Assembly: GCA_963774855.1 (NCBI GenBank)
Contig: CAVZGT010000011.1
Coordinates: 34,042-98,041 of the forward strand
DNA length: 64,000 bases
Origin: an uncultured Acidobacteriota bacterium
GTDB taxonomy: Bacteria > Acidobacteriota > Vicinamibacteria > Vicinamibacterales > 2-12-FULL-66-21
Direction of reading: 5' to 3'
Shown here one piece after another: positions 17,300-27,992 of this stretch; position 1 is the first letter of the stretch, and each line of letters begins with the position of its first letter. Under the pieces are notes generated by a model, which saw only the letters and a program-made list of their open reading frames with translations, was not told where the DNA came from and searched no databases. The translations under genes were made by a program, and so were the position numbers.

Positions 17300-19940
17300 C
17301 TATTTCTTCAGAATGGTCACGTCGTTCTTGAGGGCGCCGGGAGCCGCACTCAGGAATGAGGATGGAGACAGCACGATCTGATCGATCGAGAGCCCGTCCT
17401 CGCGCTGCTGAATCCGGATCTTGTGTATCCCGGAGGTCGCGAAATAAATGACGGGGCCCAGTACGCCGGCACCGTACCCGTTGTCCTGCCAGCCCCAGCC
17501 GGACACGCCCGCGCCGGATGCGTCCTCCAGGTTCAGTTCCGCGGCCGCGGTGGTGCCGATTCCGTAGATCGAGACACCGTTCTGATCGACAGCGCCGGAG
17601 AACTGCGCAAACACCGAGTCGTTCGCCCAGTAGTTGCTGTCCGCCTTGCCGCGCATCCAGAGCCTGTACGGCCGGCCGGCCTCGACGTTGAACGTCATCT
17701 CGAAGTAGTTCGCGGGCGACGCCGACGCGGTCGTGATCTTGGCTGCGTTCACGTTCGGGTTGCGAAGGCTCGCTCCGCCCGCGGCGGTCGGATCGGGCGT
17801 CACGACCCAGGCTCCAACGACGATCGGCGCCTCCGATGCGTAGAGCACGACATCATCGGTCGGCGGCGGCGGGGGCGGTGGAGGAGGAGGTGGTGGTGGC
17901 GGTGGCGGCGGGTCCGAGGGCGGAGTCGTCGTACCGTCCTGCTTGGCCAGGATCGTCGTGTCGTTCTTCAGCGCACCAGGCGATGTTGAGAGGAAAGGTC
18001 CCTTCGAGAGCACGATCTGATCGATCGAGAAGCCGTCCTCGCGGATCTGCACGCGCAGCCTGTGCACGCCCGTCGTCGCAAAGTAGACAGGGGCGCCCGG
18101 CACGCCGTTTCCGTACCCGGTGTCCTGCCAGCCCCATCCCGCCACGCCGCAGCCGCTGCAGTTCTCGAGGTTCACTTCGGCAGCCGACGTCGTACCGATC
18201 CGCCACTGCTGCGCGCCGCCGGCAGTGACCGAATCGGAGAACTGCACGAAGACCGAATCGTTGGGATAGACTGTCGCTCTCCGCCTTGCCGCGCATCCAG
18301 AGCTGATACGGTTTGCCCGCTTCGGCGCTGAACGTCATCTCGAAGTAATTCGATGGCGTCGCCGACGCGGTCGTGATCTTGGCCGCATTCAGATTCGGGT
18401 TCGCCATCCGGGCACCGCCGGCCGCGCTCCCGTCCGTGGCGACGGTCCACGTTCCGGCCTTGACGGAGGCCTCGGCGGCGTAGAGGACGACGTCCCCGAC
18501 GCCCGCGGAGCCGCCTGCAGGCGGCGGTGGGGCGGTGCCAGCAGTCGTGAAGTTCCAGACGTCGCTCGTCCTCGACAGGTTGGCCATCGTCTTTCCGACG
18601 ACGCGCCAGTAGTAGGTCGTTCCGGGCGTCAGCGCCGCGGGTAGCGTGTACGACTGCATCTGGCCGGCCGACAAGCTCGGCCCCAGCTCGAGGTCGGCGG
18701 CGACCAGCGGGGGCGTCGTCGTGGTGCCGAAGTACACGTCGTACTTGTGCGCCCACAGTCCGCCGTACCAAGTGAGCGCGATCGACGTGGCCGTGCCCGT
18801 GGCGTTGTTGGCCGGCTGGGGCGTCACCGGCGTGTCGGGCGGCAGCGGGACGAAGTTGCTGTTCTCGATGACGCCCGCGGTGTTGTTCCACTTCCGCTCG
18901 AACATGTCCGTGAACCACTGGAACATGTTCGCATCGGTGCAGAAGCAGTTGTGCTCTTCCTGGCCGCTGTCGGACGGGCTGGTCCAGTTCGACGAGCCGA
19001 AGATCGACATCATCTGACCGTAGAGCAGCACGAGCTTCTGGTGGTTCAGGCCCTGGTGCGCGCGCATTTTGACCTGGACGCCCGCCATGTACAGGCGGTC
19101 GATGTTCCATGACACCCACGGCCGCGACTCGGCACGATACTGCTGCGGGTCGCTGATCAGCCGCACGGGAATGCCGCGGGCCTTGGCCGCGATGATGGCG
19201 TCCGTGTGCCGGCGGTCCGTGATCCGGTACATGATCACGTCGATCTTCTGCGTCTCGTGGTTGTAGCGGTTCACCGCGCGGTTGGCGTACGACTCGAGCG
19301 GCGGGAAATTGAGCTGGGGGTCCTTCGTGTACGACGGATAGCGGCGCGCGCGCGGTTGCGGGACGTTCGCGTAGTCCGCGTAGGCCGTCGTGTCGGTCCA
19401 CAAATCGTCGTACTTCGTCATGAAGCTCTGGACGAAGGCGGCGTTGTCGGTGAAATAGACGGACTCGTCCACGTAGTTCACGTACGGCACGGGGCCGGTG
19501 AACACCCAGGCATCCGCGCTGAAGTTCGCGCCGCTGAACTCGACAATGCTCTGGCCGGCGAAGAGCATCAGCTTGTAGTGCATGATGCCGCTGCTCGCCG
19601 TGCGATGGCGCATCGGGATCCCCGCGGCGCGCAGCTCTGCCAGGCGCTGGGGGTTGAAGACGTTGGTCTCGTTGGCCCGGAGGTCCATGATCACCCTGAC
19701 GGGCACCCCGGCCTGAAACCGCCTGATGAGCTCGGCGGTATACCGCGCGTCCTCCATGAACCAGAAGCCGACGTCAATCCCGACCGTCTCGGTGCGGATG
19801 TAATTGAGCAGAATGGCGCGGCAGTCCTCGTTCGCCGGATCGCAGAGGCGATCGAGGGCGCGCGCCGGCGCCGCAGACGCGCCGGACGCGGCGACAAAAA
19901 GCGCGAGCACAACTACAGCCCGCCGAATCCGATGAGTCAT
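17300..19940 (-). pseudogene. Secreted PLD-like (two HKD motifs) + FN3-like + two tandem sugar-binding-like modules; one frame break
   Basis: ATG 19940 gives signal peptide MTHRIRRAVVVLALFVAASGASA. HKD-type motifs are HYKLMLFAGQ and HQKLVLLYGQMMSIFGSSNWT. The reading frame jumps near 18269: ...WMRGKAESDS then YPNDSVFVQFSDS. The second module repeats the first (YRLWMRGKADSNYWANDSVFAQFSG). A poly-Pro linker is encoded at about 17860-17930. Confidence 0.75.
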
Positions 19941-20177
19941 AGAAGGCGACCTCAGCCGAATTCGCAGTTCGGCTAGCGGGTACTGCCCAGTGCGAGCGCG
20001 GTGCCATCGTGGCGGGCGTCGCGCTGATTGAATCGAACGATTTCTCTCAGGAAAAACGCACGAACCACTCAGGGGAATCGGTGCCGGGGTTCCGCCGTAC
20101 AGCACAGTAGGCAACGGAGTTGGAATGTTGGGTATTGCAGACCCTAGTGGAGCTCGAGCTCATGCGGAGCGGACGGG

Positions 20178-20206
20178 TTGACATCGGGCCGTCGCGCATG
20201 TAACTA
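20178..20206 (+). promoter_or_regulatory. Sigma70-like promoter candidate for sahR-ahcY
   Basis: TTGACA (20178-20183), a 17-nt spacer, then TAACTA (20201-20206), about 30 nt upstream of the GTG at 20235. Confidence 0.45.
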
Positions 20207-20209
20207 TAT

Positions 20210-20225
20210 ATCCGGATTAACGGAT
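20210..20225. promoter_or_regulatory. Inverted repeat ATCCG-N6-CGGAT overlapping the -10 region (candidate autoregulatory operator)
   Basis: atccggattaacggat read directly. The flanks extend the symmetry imperfectly (TATATCCG / CGGATGGATA). Confidence 0.4.
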
Positions 20226-20234
20226 GGATAGCTT

Positions 20235-21218
20235 GTGACCACCGCGATCTTCGACGACCTGACGACGCTCTCCGATTCAACGCGCAGCCGGATGCTGCTG
20301 CTGCTGGAGCGGCACGAGCTGACGGTGTCCGAGCTCTGCTCCGTTCTGCAATTGCCCCAATCCACCGTCAGCAGGCACCTCAAGACGCTCTCCGACGCCA
20401 GCTGGGTTGCGTCGCGTCGCGACGGCACCAGCCGCTACTACACGCTGTCGCTCGACGATCGCGGCGCGCCGGCGCGGCGGCTGTGGTCGCTCCTTCGCGA
20501 GCAAGTCAGCGCCACCGTGGGCGCCGATCAGGATGCGCGGCGGCTGAAGGGCGTGCTCGCCCGGCGCCAGTCCACCTCGCAGGAGTTCTTCGAGTCGGCG
20601 GCGGGGCAGTGGGACAAGCTGCGCGGGGACCTCTTCGGCGCGGCTTCGCATCTGCAAGCCCTGCCGGCGCTCCTCGACGAGCGCTGGACGGTCGGCGATC
20701 TCGGCTGCGGCACCGGGCAGGTGGCCTCGGCGCTTGCCCCGTTTGTCGCGCGGGTGATTGCCGTCGATCGCTCGGGCGAGATGCTCCAGGCCGCCCGGCG
20801 GCGTCTCCGCGATCTGGCGACTGTCGAGGTGAAGCGCGGCGAGCTCGAGGCGCTGCCGATCGCGGACGGCGAGCTCGATGCCGCGACGCTGTTGCTCGTG
20901 CTGCACCATCTCCCCGATCCGGGCGCGGCGTTGTCCGAAGCGGCGCGTGTGCTCAAGCCGGGCGGGCGTCTGCTGATCTCCGACATGCTGCCGCACGACC
21001 GCGAGGAATACCGGCAGCAGATGGGGCACGTGTGGCTGGGCTTCGGCGACGATCAGGTCCGCCGGATGCTGGAGGCGGCGGGCTTCGAGCGGGTGCGCAT
21101 CGTTCCGCTGCCGGCGCAGGCGGCCGCGAAGGGGCCGGCGCTGTTCGTGGCGACGGGAATCAAGAGAGAAGTCGGCGAGTTGAATTCGGTCGTTTGTTTC
21201 ACCATTTTCGTGAGGTAA
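20235..21218 (+). CDS. sahR: ArsR-family wHTH fused to a SAM-dependent methyltransferase-like domain (SahR-like regulator)
   Basis: The N-terminal [32 protein letters not shown] is ArsR-type. The C-terminal DLGCGTGQ...[11 protein letters not shown] is MTase-type. It lies 5 nt upstream of ahcY and starts with GTG. Confidence 0.7.
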   Translation: MTTAIFDDLTTLSDSTRSRMLLLLERHELTVSELCSVLQLPQSTVSRHLKTLSDASWVASRRDGTSRYYTLSLDDRGAPARRLWSLLREQVSATVGADQDARRLKGVLARRQSTSQEFFESAAGQWDKLRGDLFGAASHLQALPALLDERWTVGDLGCGTGQVASALAPFVARVIAVDRSGEMLQAARRRLRDLATVEVKRGELEALPIADGELDAATLLLVLHHLPDPGAALSEAARVLKPGGRLLISDMLPHDREEYRQQMGHVWLGFGDDQVRRMLEAAGFERVRIVPLPAQAAAKGPALFVATGIKREVGELNSVVCFTIFVR

Positions 21219-21223
21219 TTTCG

Positions 21224-22724
<1,501 letters not shown>

Positions 22725-22738
22725 CGCGGGTTGGAATT

Positions 22739-22823
22739 CAGGAGGCAGGAGCAGGAGACAGGAGACAGAGCGATCGTGAGATGATCACTCTGACTCCTGA
22801 ATTCTGCCTCCTGACTCCTGTCT
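22739..22823. terminator. Long imperfect hairpin built from CAGGAGA / TCTCCTG heptamers between convergent genes
   Basis: The left arm caggaggcaggagcaggagacaggagacagag pairs, with mismatches, to ctctgactcctgaattctgcctcctgactcctgtct across a 17-nt loop. Confidence 0.5.
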
Positions 22824-23864
22824 TTCCAGCGCCTGCCTGGTCGATCGCAGGATGTGCTCCATCGCATCGCGGCTGCGCCGGAGGACCATCGATCGGACGA
22901 ACGTCCGCATCAAACTCTGGAGCGAGCGCGTGCGCGCGCGGTTGACGCTCACCATGTAGAAGCCGGCCGCGTTGTCGTCGAACGCCAGCGTCAGGCCAAG
23001 GCCGGCGTCGAAGTAGTGCGTCGCGTAGATCTGTTTGGTGCCGATGAGCGCCGGCCGCCGCGGCCCCGGGCCGCTGGACGGCGGCGTATAGAGCGTCAGG
23101 TGCGTGATGCTGGTAATCGGCCGCAGCCCGATGTCGTCCTTCTTCCAGTAGAGGATATCTTCGGCCCCCGCCAGCCGCTCGCGCGGGAACCGCTGCAGGT
23201 ACGCGAAGAACTCCGGAACGGCCGCCGAGAAATACTTCGACTCGTCGAACAGCACGTCGAACTCCTGCGCCACGATCAAGGGGGTCGCCTTGTTGCGGTA
23301 GTCCCCCAGCGCGCCGGTCGCCCGATAGGCGGCGGCATACTCCGCCAGCACGCGGCGCCAGACCGCTCCAGCCTGCTCCCGCCAGTCCACCGCGCGCCAG
23401 TTCACCTCGCGCGCGAATCGCGCCATGGTCTCGGCCGACACGCGAACGCCGCAGTCGCCCGGCTTGCAGTCCCGGATGGTCTCGAGGTCGTAGTTTTCCG
23501 GCGTGAGGCCCCGCAGATCTTCGACGCGCGGGGTGTCGCTGAACGTGCCCACCTCCAGCACGATGTCGCTGCCCTGGAGCTTGGAGATATCGCGGTGTCG
23601 ATCGGCCAGCCGTTCGCGCGCCGCCTTGATCCGGATGGCGCCCACGACCGCGACTTCGCGCCGGTCCGTGTCGAGCACCTTGGCGACGGGCTCGCCCCGC
23701 TCGAGCGCGGCGAGATCGGCCGGAGAAAAGCCGCCCACCGTCCGCAGGAACGTGTGAGGCTCGGTGGGAACGGCCGCCTGGAAGGCGAGCGCGGCGACAT
23801 GGATCCCCGCGAGCGCAACGGCTGCGGCGACCGAGATCCGCCGGACACCGAGGGAGTTGTTCAT
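22785..23864 (-). CDS. Hypothetical secreted protein
   Basis: Intact 359-aa ORF with signal peptide [28 protein letters not shown] recognise no family. The last codons overlap the hairpin repeat. Confidence 0.6.
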   Translation of the reverse strand: MNNSLGVRRISVAAAVALAGIHVAALAFQAAVPTEPHTFLRTVGGFSPADLAALERGEPVAKVLDTDRREVAVVGAIRIKAARERLADRHRDISKLQGSDIVLEVGTFSDTPRVEDLRGLTPENYDLETIRDCKPGDCGVRVSAETMARFAREVNWRAVDWREQAGAVWRRVLAEYAAAYRATGALGDYRNKATPLIVAQEFDVLFDESKYFSAAVPEFFAYLQRFPRERLAGAEDILYWKKDDIGLRPITSITHLTLYTPPSSGPGPRRPALIGTKQIYATHYFDAGLGLTLAFDDNAAGFYMVSVNRARTRSLQSLMRTFVRSMVLRRSRDAMEHILRSTRQALERQESGGRIQESE

Positions 23865-23917
23865 GGAGGCGTTGGGATGTTCCGGCGAGGCGGAACGCCG
23901 TCATCCTATCAGTTGAC

Positions 23918-23956
23918 AGCTTCCAGCTTCCAGCTTCCAGCTCCAGCTTCCCGCTT
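23918..23956. repeat. AGCTTCC heptamer array (complement orientation of GGAAGCT)
   Basis: agcttcc x3, agctcc, agcttcc, cgctt, immediately downstream of the DUF2461 stop (23960). Confidence 0.85.
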
Positions 23957-23959
23957 TGA

Positions 23960-24638
23960 CTACTGGTCCTCGATGAGGGGCTCGTTGAGAAACCGGACGA
24001 GCGGCATGATCGCCTTGAAGGTCGTCACGAGCGTCGCGTAGAATCGCGGGTTCGTCGCGAAGGTCGGCGGGAACTCGCACCCGGCGAGGAAGTTCCTGTA
24101 CTTGAGATAGTCCCCCGCGGGATCGTCTTTGGCGAACCCGCGCGGGACACGCGCCAGGCGGTCTCCGTCGAGCGATCCGACGGCACGTTTGAACGCGGCG
24201 GCGCGCGCGAGCCGATCGACGTCCGGGTACGTGCCCGGAAATGTGGTCACGGATCCGGACGAGGTGCCTTGGCTCAGGTCTGTAGAATCCCCCGCCCATC
24301 CACACCCATCCTGGATTGACCTCGAGATACAGACCCGCGCCTTCCCCCTTGGGCAGGCCGCGCCAGCGGAACGAGGCCGAGATCTGCGTCTTCAGCGGTG
24401 ACTTGTCGTCGCTGAATCGCGTGTCGCGGTAGATCCGATAGAGCGACGTCTTCGGCGAGGCCGTCATCTCCGGCGCGAACCGGCGGAAATCCAGGGCCAG
24501 CTGCTCGATCACCTCAATCATCGGCGCCCGGACGACCAGATCGTACCGATCGCGGCGCGCCCGGAACCAGTCGCGGTCGTTGTTGCGCTTCAGCGCGCGA
24601 AGAAAACGGAGGGTTTCGGGAGTGAACCGTGGGGGCAT
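23960..24638 (-). pseudogene. DUF2461 (TIGR02453-like) protein; one frame break
   Basis: ORF 23901..24638 starts MPPRFTPETLRFLRALKRNNDRDWF...YRIYRDTRFSDDKSPLK and degenerates after ...VRIRDHI. ORF 23960..24250 continues with the family C-terminus (PGTYPDVDRL...RVPRGFAKDDPAGDYLKYRNF). The break is at the A-run near 24239-24241. Confidence 0.75.
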
Positions 24639-24692
24639 GGATTGTCACGGGGCTGGCGTCCCTGCCCCGAACTCTCATTATCGCCTGACCGT

Positions 24693-24738
24693 GCTGGAAG
24701 CGGGGAGCTGGAAGCTGGCAGCGGGAAGCGGGGGAAGC
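24693..24738. repeat. GGAAGC-type heptamer array
   Basis: gctggaagcggggagctggaagctggcagcgggaagcgggggaagc. It is inverted relative to the 23918 array and lies upstream of DUF2461. Confidence 0.8.
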
Positions 24739-24765
24739 ACGCCCCCGCCTCCCGCCTCCCAGCGT

Positions 24766-27699
24766 TTAGAACGTAAACCGGAATCCGACCTGGCCGACCC
24801 GCTGTTCAGGCTGCTGGAAGTCGCCGGCAAACGCCGTCGGCTGCATGAAGGCAGCCCGTTGCACTCCTCCGGCGAGCCGCTGGGTCGTCAGCGGGAACGC
24901 CGGGTTGAGGGCGTTGAACACGTTGAAGATTTCCCCGATCGCCTCGACGCGCGCCCGGCCGGAGAGCCGGAACGACTTCGAGATCCGCAGGTTCATCTGC
25001 GAGAAGCTCGCGCCACGGCTGCAGTTGATGGTCGTGCAGTCGCCGAGCTCCCTCGGGGCCGTCCCCTCGCCGTCGAACTGATATGCCTTCGCGGTGATGT
25101 CGTTGTTGTTGGAGTCGCCGTTGAGGTCCACGCCTTCGAACGTGAAGACGGGGAGCGCCGATCGGAACAGGAAGAACGGCGAGACTTGCAGTCCCCACGG
25201 GGCCTGGATGACCGCGCTCGCCGAGATCCGGTGACGCGCGTCGGACCGGCCGGACGGTCCGTGCTGGACCTCGGCAAACGGGTTGGCCACATCCTGCACG
25301 TAGTTGGCATCCAGCTCGTCGGAGGCCGTGCCGATGTTGCTCGTCGCGCTCGCGAGGGTGTACGACGCGCTGAAGTCGACCCCGTCGGTCATGCGCCGGC
25401 GGATCCCCAGGATGAGCGCGTCGTACTGGCTCTCGCCGCCGTTGATGGCCAGGCGGATCGCCTGCGTGTTGGGCCGGATGTCGAGATCCGCGAGGCGGCG
25501 AAGCCCCGTTGCCGGGTCACGGTAGTTCGGCCGGAACCGCACGTTGAGGTCGCGTCCGTCGATGTGGACGACGTCGGCGGTGAACGCGGTCGAGTTGCTC
25601 AGCTGATGCGCCCACCCGATGTTGGTCTGCCGTGTGTAGGGCTGCTCCAGCCTCGGCGAGCCGACCTGGCCGAAGAGCGCAATCCGGGTCGGGTCCGCTT
25701 CGTTCTGGCTCTCGATGGTTGAAATCGGATCGCCGACGCGAAACAGCGTCCCGTCGGCCTTCAGGATCCCGGTCGTCCGGTTGACCGAGAAGATCGCTCC
25801 GTGGCCGAGCCCGCTGGCGTCGATCGCCGCGAAGAGCACGTTCGAATTCGTGTAGCCGAAATCCTGGTACACGCCCCATCCGCCGCGGATGACATCGGTG
25901 CCCGTCCCGCGCACGTCCCAGGCAAAACCCGCGCGCGGCTGGAGGTTGTTGCGGTCCTCACGCGGTTCCTTCCCGAAATCCTCGAGCCCGGCGACGCCCT
26001 GGAACCGGCCGGCGCGCCCGGCCTCCTGCAACGCCTGGAAGTTCGGGTTCTTCGACTGATCGATCTGCACGCCGGTGACCAGGTCGTAGCGCAGTCCCAG
26101 GTTCAGCGTGAACCGGTCGGACACGCGCCAGTCGTCCTGCACGTACGTGGAGTACTGCCGGAACGGGATGTTGACGTCCCCGACCCCGCCGTTTCTCGTG
26201 ATCGTCTGGATTGGACCGTTTCGCTCGTCGGTGAGGTGTGTGTAGAAGTAATCGTCCACGCCGCTGTTGAAGGTCGCGAACAGGTGCGGCTCGTTGATGA
26301 AGTTGACCCCGGTCTTGAAATCGTGCCCCAGCCCGCCCATCCCGGTCACGCTCCAGGAGAAGTCGTCGCGGAACTGCCACTTCGTCTGCTCGGTCTTCTG
26401 CGGGGTGTTGGGATTGGCGCCGGAGGCGACGCTGTTGGGGAACAGCTCGTACGCCGTCGGGCTGCTGAGCGGGATCGAATTCTTGAACGTCGCGAACTGG
26501 ACGATGATCTCGTTGAGCTTCGATCCGCTGAGGACCCAGTTGTGGTTCACGTTGATCGAGTCGAAGGAGTTCTTGCTCGTGCTCCAGAAGCTCGACGCGT
26601 TCCGCAGCGCCGCGGCATAGGGCTGCGTGTTGCTGTTGCGGCCGTAGCGGATCGCCAGGTACTGGGCCGGGTTCAGCGTGGTCGTCTGCTTGACGGTCAG
26701 GAGGGTCTCGCGGAACGGCGTCTTGTACACGCCGTCGGTTTCCGGAAAGAGCCCGAGCGTGTTCACCGCCTGGTTCGTGTCCTGCTGCGTCCGTTCGACG
26801 GCCCCGAAGAAGAACGCGCGGTTGAGGGCGATCGGTCCGCCGAACGATCCGCCGAACTGATAGCGCCGGTAGTCGGCCTTCTCGGCGTGGCTGATCGATT
26901 CCGAGTGGGTCTGCGCGTTGAGCGACTTGTCGCGGAAGAACGAGAAGCCGCTGCCGCTGAATTGGTTCGTCCCGCTCTTGGTGACGATGTTCATCACGCC
27001 GCCGTTGCTCCGGCCGTACTCCGCCTTGTAGCGCTGCGTGACGAAGTTGAACTCCTGAATCGCTTCGAGCGGAAACAGCTGCAGCAGCCCGCCGACCGTG
27101 TCGTCGTTGTTGTCGCCGCCGTCGATCTGATAGTTCACGTTGCGGCCGTTGCCGCCGCCGATCTGCGGGGAGAACTGCGTGCTCTTGGTCGGATCCGAGT
27201 GGAAGCCGAGGCCGACGCCCGGGATCGTCGCCGCCAGGTTCGCGAACTGGCGGCCGTTGAGCGGCAGGTTCTCGATCCGGCCGACGTCGACGACGCCGCC
27301 GACCGACGAGGAGCGCGTCTCGATGAGCGGCGTGTCGCCGGTCACCATCACGGTCTCCGACACCCCCGCGACCGCCATCGTCATCGCGAGGTCGAGCGAC
27401 TGGCCGACGTTGACGGTGATGGCCTTGTGGTCGACCTTGTTGAAGCCCTGCAGCTCGGCCGACAGGTCGTAGACGCCAACCGGCAGCGCCGACAGCCGGT
27501 AGATCCCTTCCGCGTCGCTGACGTCCGTGCGCGTGAAGCCGGTCTGCGTGTGCCGTCCCGTGACCGTCACGCCCGGCACCGCGGCGCCCTGGGCGTCGAC
27601 GATTCGTCCGCTGATGTTCCCGGTGGTCTGCTGCGCGAGCGCCGGCCGCGCGGGCGCAACGGAGCACACGACGATCAACGCAACGATGAACTTTGTCAT
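24766..27699 (-). CDS. TonB-dependent receptor with N-terminal CarboxypepD_reg-like domain
   Basis: ATG 27699 gives MTKFIVALIVVCSVAPARPALAQ. The GNISGRIVDAQGAAVPGVTVTG block follows, and the terminal sequence is ...VGFRFTF. A GGAGG lies upstream of the start. Confidence 0.9.
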   Translation of the reverse strand: MTKFIVALIVVCSVAPARPALAQQTTGNISGRIVDAQGAAVPGVTVTGRHTQTGFTRTDVSDAEGIYRLSALPVGVYDLSAELQGFNKVDHKAITVNVGQSLDLAMTMAVAGVSETVMVTGDTPLIETRSSSVGGVVDVGRIENLPLNGRQFANLAATIPGVGLGFHSDPTKSTQFSPQIGGGNGRNVNYQIDGGDNNDDTVGGLLQLFPLEAIQEFNFVTQRYKAEYGRSNGGVMNIVTKSGTNQFSGSGFSFFRDKSLNAQTHSESISHAEKADYRRYQFGGSFGGPIALNRAFFFGAVERTQQDTNQAVNTLGLFPETDGVYKTPFRETLLTVKQTTTLNPAQYLAIRYGRNSNTQPYAAALRNASSFWSTSKNSFDSINVNHNWVLSGSKLNEIIVQFATFKNSIPLSSPTAYELFPNSVASGANPNTPQKTEQTKWQFRDDFSWSVTGMGGLGHDFKTGVNFINEPHLFATFNSGVDDYFYTHLTDERNGPIQTITRNGGVGDVNIPFRQYSTYVQDDWRVSDRFTLNLGLRYDLVTGVQIDQSKNPNFQALQEAGRAGRFQGVAGLEDFGKEPREDRNNLQPRAGFAWDVRGTGTDVIRGGWGVYQDFGYTNSNVLFAAIDASGLGHGAIFSVNRTTGILKADGTLFRVGDPISTIESQNEADPTRIALFGQVGSPRLEQPYTRQTNIGWAHQLSNSTAFTADVVHIDGRDLNVRFRPNYRDPATGLRRLADLDIRPNTQAIRLAINGGESQYDALILGIRRRMTDGVDFSASYTLASATSNIGTASDELDANYVQDVANPFAEVQHGPSGRSDARHRISASAVIQAPWGLQVSPFFLFRSALPVFTFEGVDLNGDSNNNDITAKAYQFDGEGTAPRELGDCTTINCSRGASFSQMNLRISKSFRLSGRARVEAIGEIFNVFNALNPAFPLTTQRLAGGVQRAAFMQPTAFAGDFQQPEQRVGQVGFRFTF

Positions 27700-27882
27700 G
27701 CCTGCTGGCCTCCTATGTGGAAGCGCGGCTTTCCCCCGGTGGCCGCGCCTCCCCGTGTCCAGCAATGTGGTCACCAGAGGGACGAGTGACCGGTGGCAGG
27801 ATTCGGTTGACGAGATGCGCCCCGGCAGGGTCCGTTTCAGGGCCATCGGGCCAATTGGATATGGCCATCCAACGGATTGGAA

Positions 27883-27991
27883 CCACGGATCCACACGGAT
27901 TACACAGATGACACGGATTTCGGATTACACCGGGAACGACGGTCCGTGGCCGTTCATCCGTGTCATCCGTGAAATCCGTGTGGATCCGTGG
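27883..27991. repeat. Inverted repeat with 37-nt arms (34 of 37 complementary) and a 35-nt loop, built from CACGGAT-type units
   Basis: The left arm is ccacggatccacacggattacacagatgacacggatt (27883-27919). The reverse complement of 27955-27991 is ccacggatccacacggatttcacggatgacacggatg. The right arm ends 2 nt from the sulfatase-like gene stop (27993). Confidence 0.85.
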
Positions 27992-27992
27992 C

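Noticed and set aside
20483-21223. N-terminal 247 codons of ORF 20483..22945.
   Set aside because: This is an out-of-frame reading of sahR. AhcY homology begins exactly at ATG 21224.
25801-27789. ORFs 25801..27789(+) and 25958..27667(-) inside the TonB receptor gene. Similar cases: 27960..30005(+), 28648..29802(-), 29870..31138(-) and 32450..34498(-).
   Set aside because: They overlap well-supported genes, have non-protein-like composition, and some run across the tRNA gene.
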